A DNA stretch of 64,000 nt, from the sequence record ON287372.1. One strand, written 5' to 3'. Positions 62,353 through 64,000 of the stretch are shown here, one piece after another. Made by a program: the position numbers and the translations under genes. The number at the start of each line of letters is the position of its first letter. Position 1 is the stretch's first letter. The notes under the pieces are model-generated. The model was given only the letters and a program-made list of their open reading frames with translations, searched no databases and was not told the DNA's origin.

Positions 62353-64000
62353 TTACCCTTTCTTAGTGTAGATAAAACGATACGGTGTTTCACGCTGATA
62401 ACATGGACGAGCGCCAACCGAGGTATTGTGCAGATACGCTTCACCTTTACCTTTCGGGTAAATGGAGAGAGCACTGCTATCCATCGAGCAGCTCCAATAG
62501 TGCGCCAGCGCAGAGCGTACCGAGTTCATCCCGTTGGTGTACCCGGCAGCATCTGGGTTATTCCACTTCGATTTGAACGCAGTCAAACTCAAGTTCAGGG
62601 AGTTGGTGTTATCACCAGTATCCTGAACGAAGTTACCTTCACACTCGGAGTAGTTACCGCCAATACGCATTATGGTGACGTTACCGGAGATAGAGGAACC
62701 AATACCGTTACCCGTCCCGTCGAACCCGCATTGCTTAACCACAGCATTGATTTCAACTACCCACGGCTTGATACCCATGGTAGGTGTTACTCGGTCGCTG
62801 TTATAACGGAAACCGCCACGTTGGCAGTATTGCGCAGTACATCCCTGGACGATTACGTTAGTACCCCAGCTATTGAAACCAGCGTCAGTCCAGCTCCACC
62901 CGAAGTCGCAGTTCTTAGCGTACAGATACCCTACAGACTTAGCCTGGGTAATCTCAGTATGGAAGCCGCGGTAGGTGTATTCGAATTTCAGGTTCTCGAT
63001 ATAAACAGAAGAACCGTTTTCGGTACGACCAGAGTTGGATGCGATGATACCTAATACTTGGTTATCCGGTTTACGATCGTTGAACAGGTGAACGTAAGTA
63101 CGACCAGACACCGTATCTATAAAGTACGTCGACTGATTCAGACGGCAATCATCCAGCGTCTTAGCAGCAGTCATTCGAACTGCACCGCCTGCTAATGTGG
63201 AGTTAGCCAAGTCAATAAATGCAGCCAAACGAATGCGGTCGGTAAACCACATGGATTCGCTTTGTTGCGTCCAGGTCAGGTCGTTTACAGTGGCGCTGAA
63301 TACAGGCTTGGTTGTACCATAGCCAATAACATCCAGTGAGCGGTTATTGACCGAGCTAGTCCAGCCATTATTGGCATCGTAACGAACATCGGTACCTTTC
63401 ACCATGATGATACGCGCTTGAGGAACGGCCATCAGTGCACGGTTGAACGATTTAAATGCTTTGCCTTCAGACTGACCATCGTTCAGGTCATTACCTGCTA
63501 CGTTATCGACGTAATAGGTTAATCCAGATTTAGCCTTACGAACAGAGACGTCATAATCGGTAGAGTACGTAATGTTGCCATTTGCGTACGATTTCAGGAT
63601 ACGTACATCTTCATGAATGTTACTCATGAATGACGGCAGAGTAGGCATGATATCCAGCAGTACGCCATTTTCGTCGTAACTGGTTTCACCGCGGTTACCT
63701 ACGATCTCCTTCATCGCGCCATTATTAAAGTGCGCCACCAGAATACCGTTGACCGGATAGCTTTCAAAAGCACGGTACTGGCGATCGGTATCGATACTGA
63801 CTGCTTTGATGCGGCTGTTCAGAACGATAGCCTGACTTGGGCCTGCAAAGCGAGTACCTGTTTCACCGAACGAATAACTATTACCCATAAAGGTAACGGA
63901 ACCGAAGTCACGTGAGAACTGATAGTGCGGACGCTCAAACCAGTCGACTACCAGAGAAGCTTCGCCCAGATAGATATCCGTTTTACCGATGTAGGCGTAA
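62353..64000 (-). CDS. Paralogous virion fibre/beta-helix protein; 5' end beyond the window
   Basis: Frame is open from 64000 (YAYIGKTDIYLG...) through the M at 63888; ETSYDENG and YYVDNVAGNDLNDG...KAFKSF match the 60282 gene. Confidence 0.85.
   Translation of the reverse strand, partial: YAYIGKTDIYLGEASLVVDWFERPHYQFSRDFGSVTFMGNSYSFGETGTRFAGPSQAIVLNSRIKAVSIDTDRQYRAFESYPVNGILVAHFNNGAMKEIVGNRGETSYDENGVLLDIMPTLPSFMSNIHEDVRILKSYANGNITYSTDYDVSVRKAKSGLTYYVDNVAGNDLNDGQSEGKAFKSFNRALMAVPQARIIMVKGTDVRYDANNGWTSSVNNRSLDVIGYGTTKPVFSATVNDLTWTQQSESMWFTDRIRLAAFIDLANSTLAGGAVRMTAAKTLDDCRLNQSTYFIDTVSGRTYVHLFNDRKPDNQVLGIIASNSGRTENGSSVYIENLKFEYTYRGFHTEITQAKSVGYLYAKNCDFGWSWTDAGFNSWGTNVIVQGCTAQYCQRGGFRYNSDRVTPTMGIKPWVVEINAVVKQCGFDGTGNGIGSSISGNVTIMRIGGNYSECEGNFVQDTGDNTNSLNLSLTAFKSKWNNPDAAGYTNGMNSVRSALAHYWSCSMDSSALSIYPKGKGEAYLHNTSVGARPCYQRETPYRFIYTKKG

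Noticed and set aside
62353-63888. ORF-track start at 63888
   Set aside because: The frame is open to the window edge and the upstream residues match the end of the anchor domain of the paralogue, so the true start lies outside the window.
190-63915. Many ORF-track entries antisense to or inside better genes (e.g. 34207..35082 +, 7202..7918 -, 62344..63054 +, 52899..53432 +)
   Set aside because: Shadow ORFs fully overlapping motif-supported or RBS-supported genes on the opposite strand or another frame.
1-64000. CRISPR array, tRNA or rRNA genes
   Set aside because: No regularly spaced repeat-spacer array and no cloverleaf with T-loop/CCA seen by eye; tRNAscan-SE and a CRISPR finder should confirm.
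1-64000. Naming a specific phage or asserting a phage nucleus
   Set aside because: No chimallin, PhuZ or RNAP genes in this window; identity needs a database search.

Overview
This 64-kb window is a gene-dense segment of a large lytic phage genome, most consistent with a phiKZ-like jumbo myovirus infecting Gammaproteobacteria (probably Enterobacterales). Support: a phiKZ-type internal head protein with S/A-X-E cleavage sites, phiKZ-type virion 'Y-x-R/K' anchor domains, repeated CTATAT(T/C/A)AC early-promoter motifs and an SspB homologue. No RNA polymerase, chimallin or terminase genes lie in the window, so family placement is inferred. Most of the minus strand is early/accessory operons: many small membrane and hypothetical proteins plus tdk, phoH, folA, thyA, dut, an HD/Mesh1-like alarmone hydrolase, a BCS1-like AAA ATPase, an ART-PolyVal-like protein, a NADAR-like protein, sspB and a free-standing HNH endonuclease. 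Two plus-strand late islands (5.8-13.1 kb and 43.2-44.8 kb) and the right end (minus) carry tailspike/beta-helix and other virion genes. No tRNA, rRNA or CRISPR array was found. The most unusual signals are: (1) a hairpin+TATG(A) element at about 13 minus-strand operon ends, also found in sense orientation before two probable late genes; (2) five to six paralogous secreted proteins with an invariant C-x6-[NSQ]G[IVT]D-x12-C motif near the BCS1-like ATPase; (3) an apparent frameshift in a virion gene. Product calls rest on motif recognition by eye; no database search was run.
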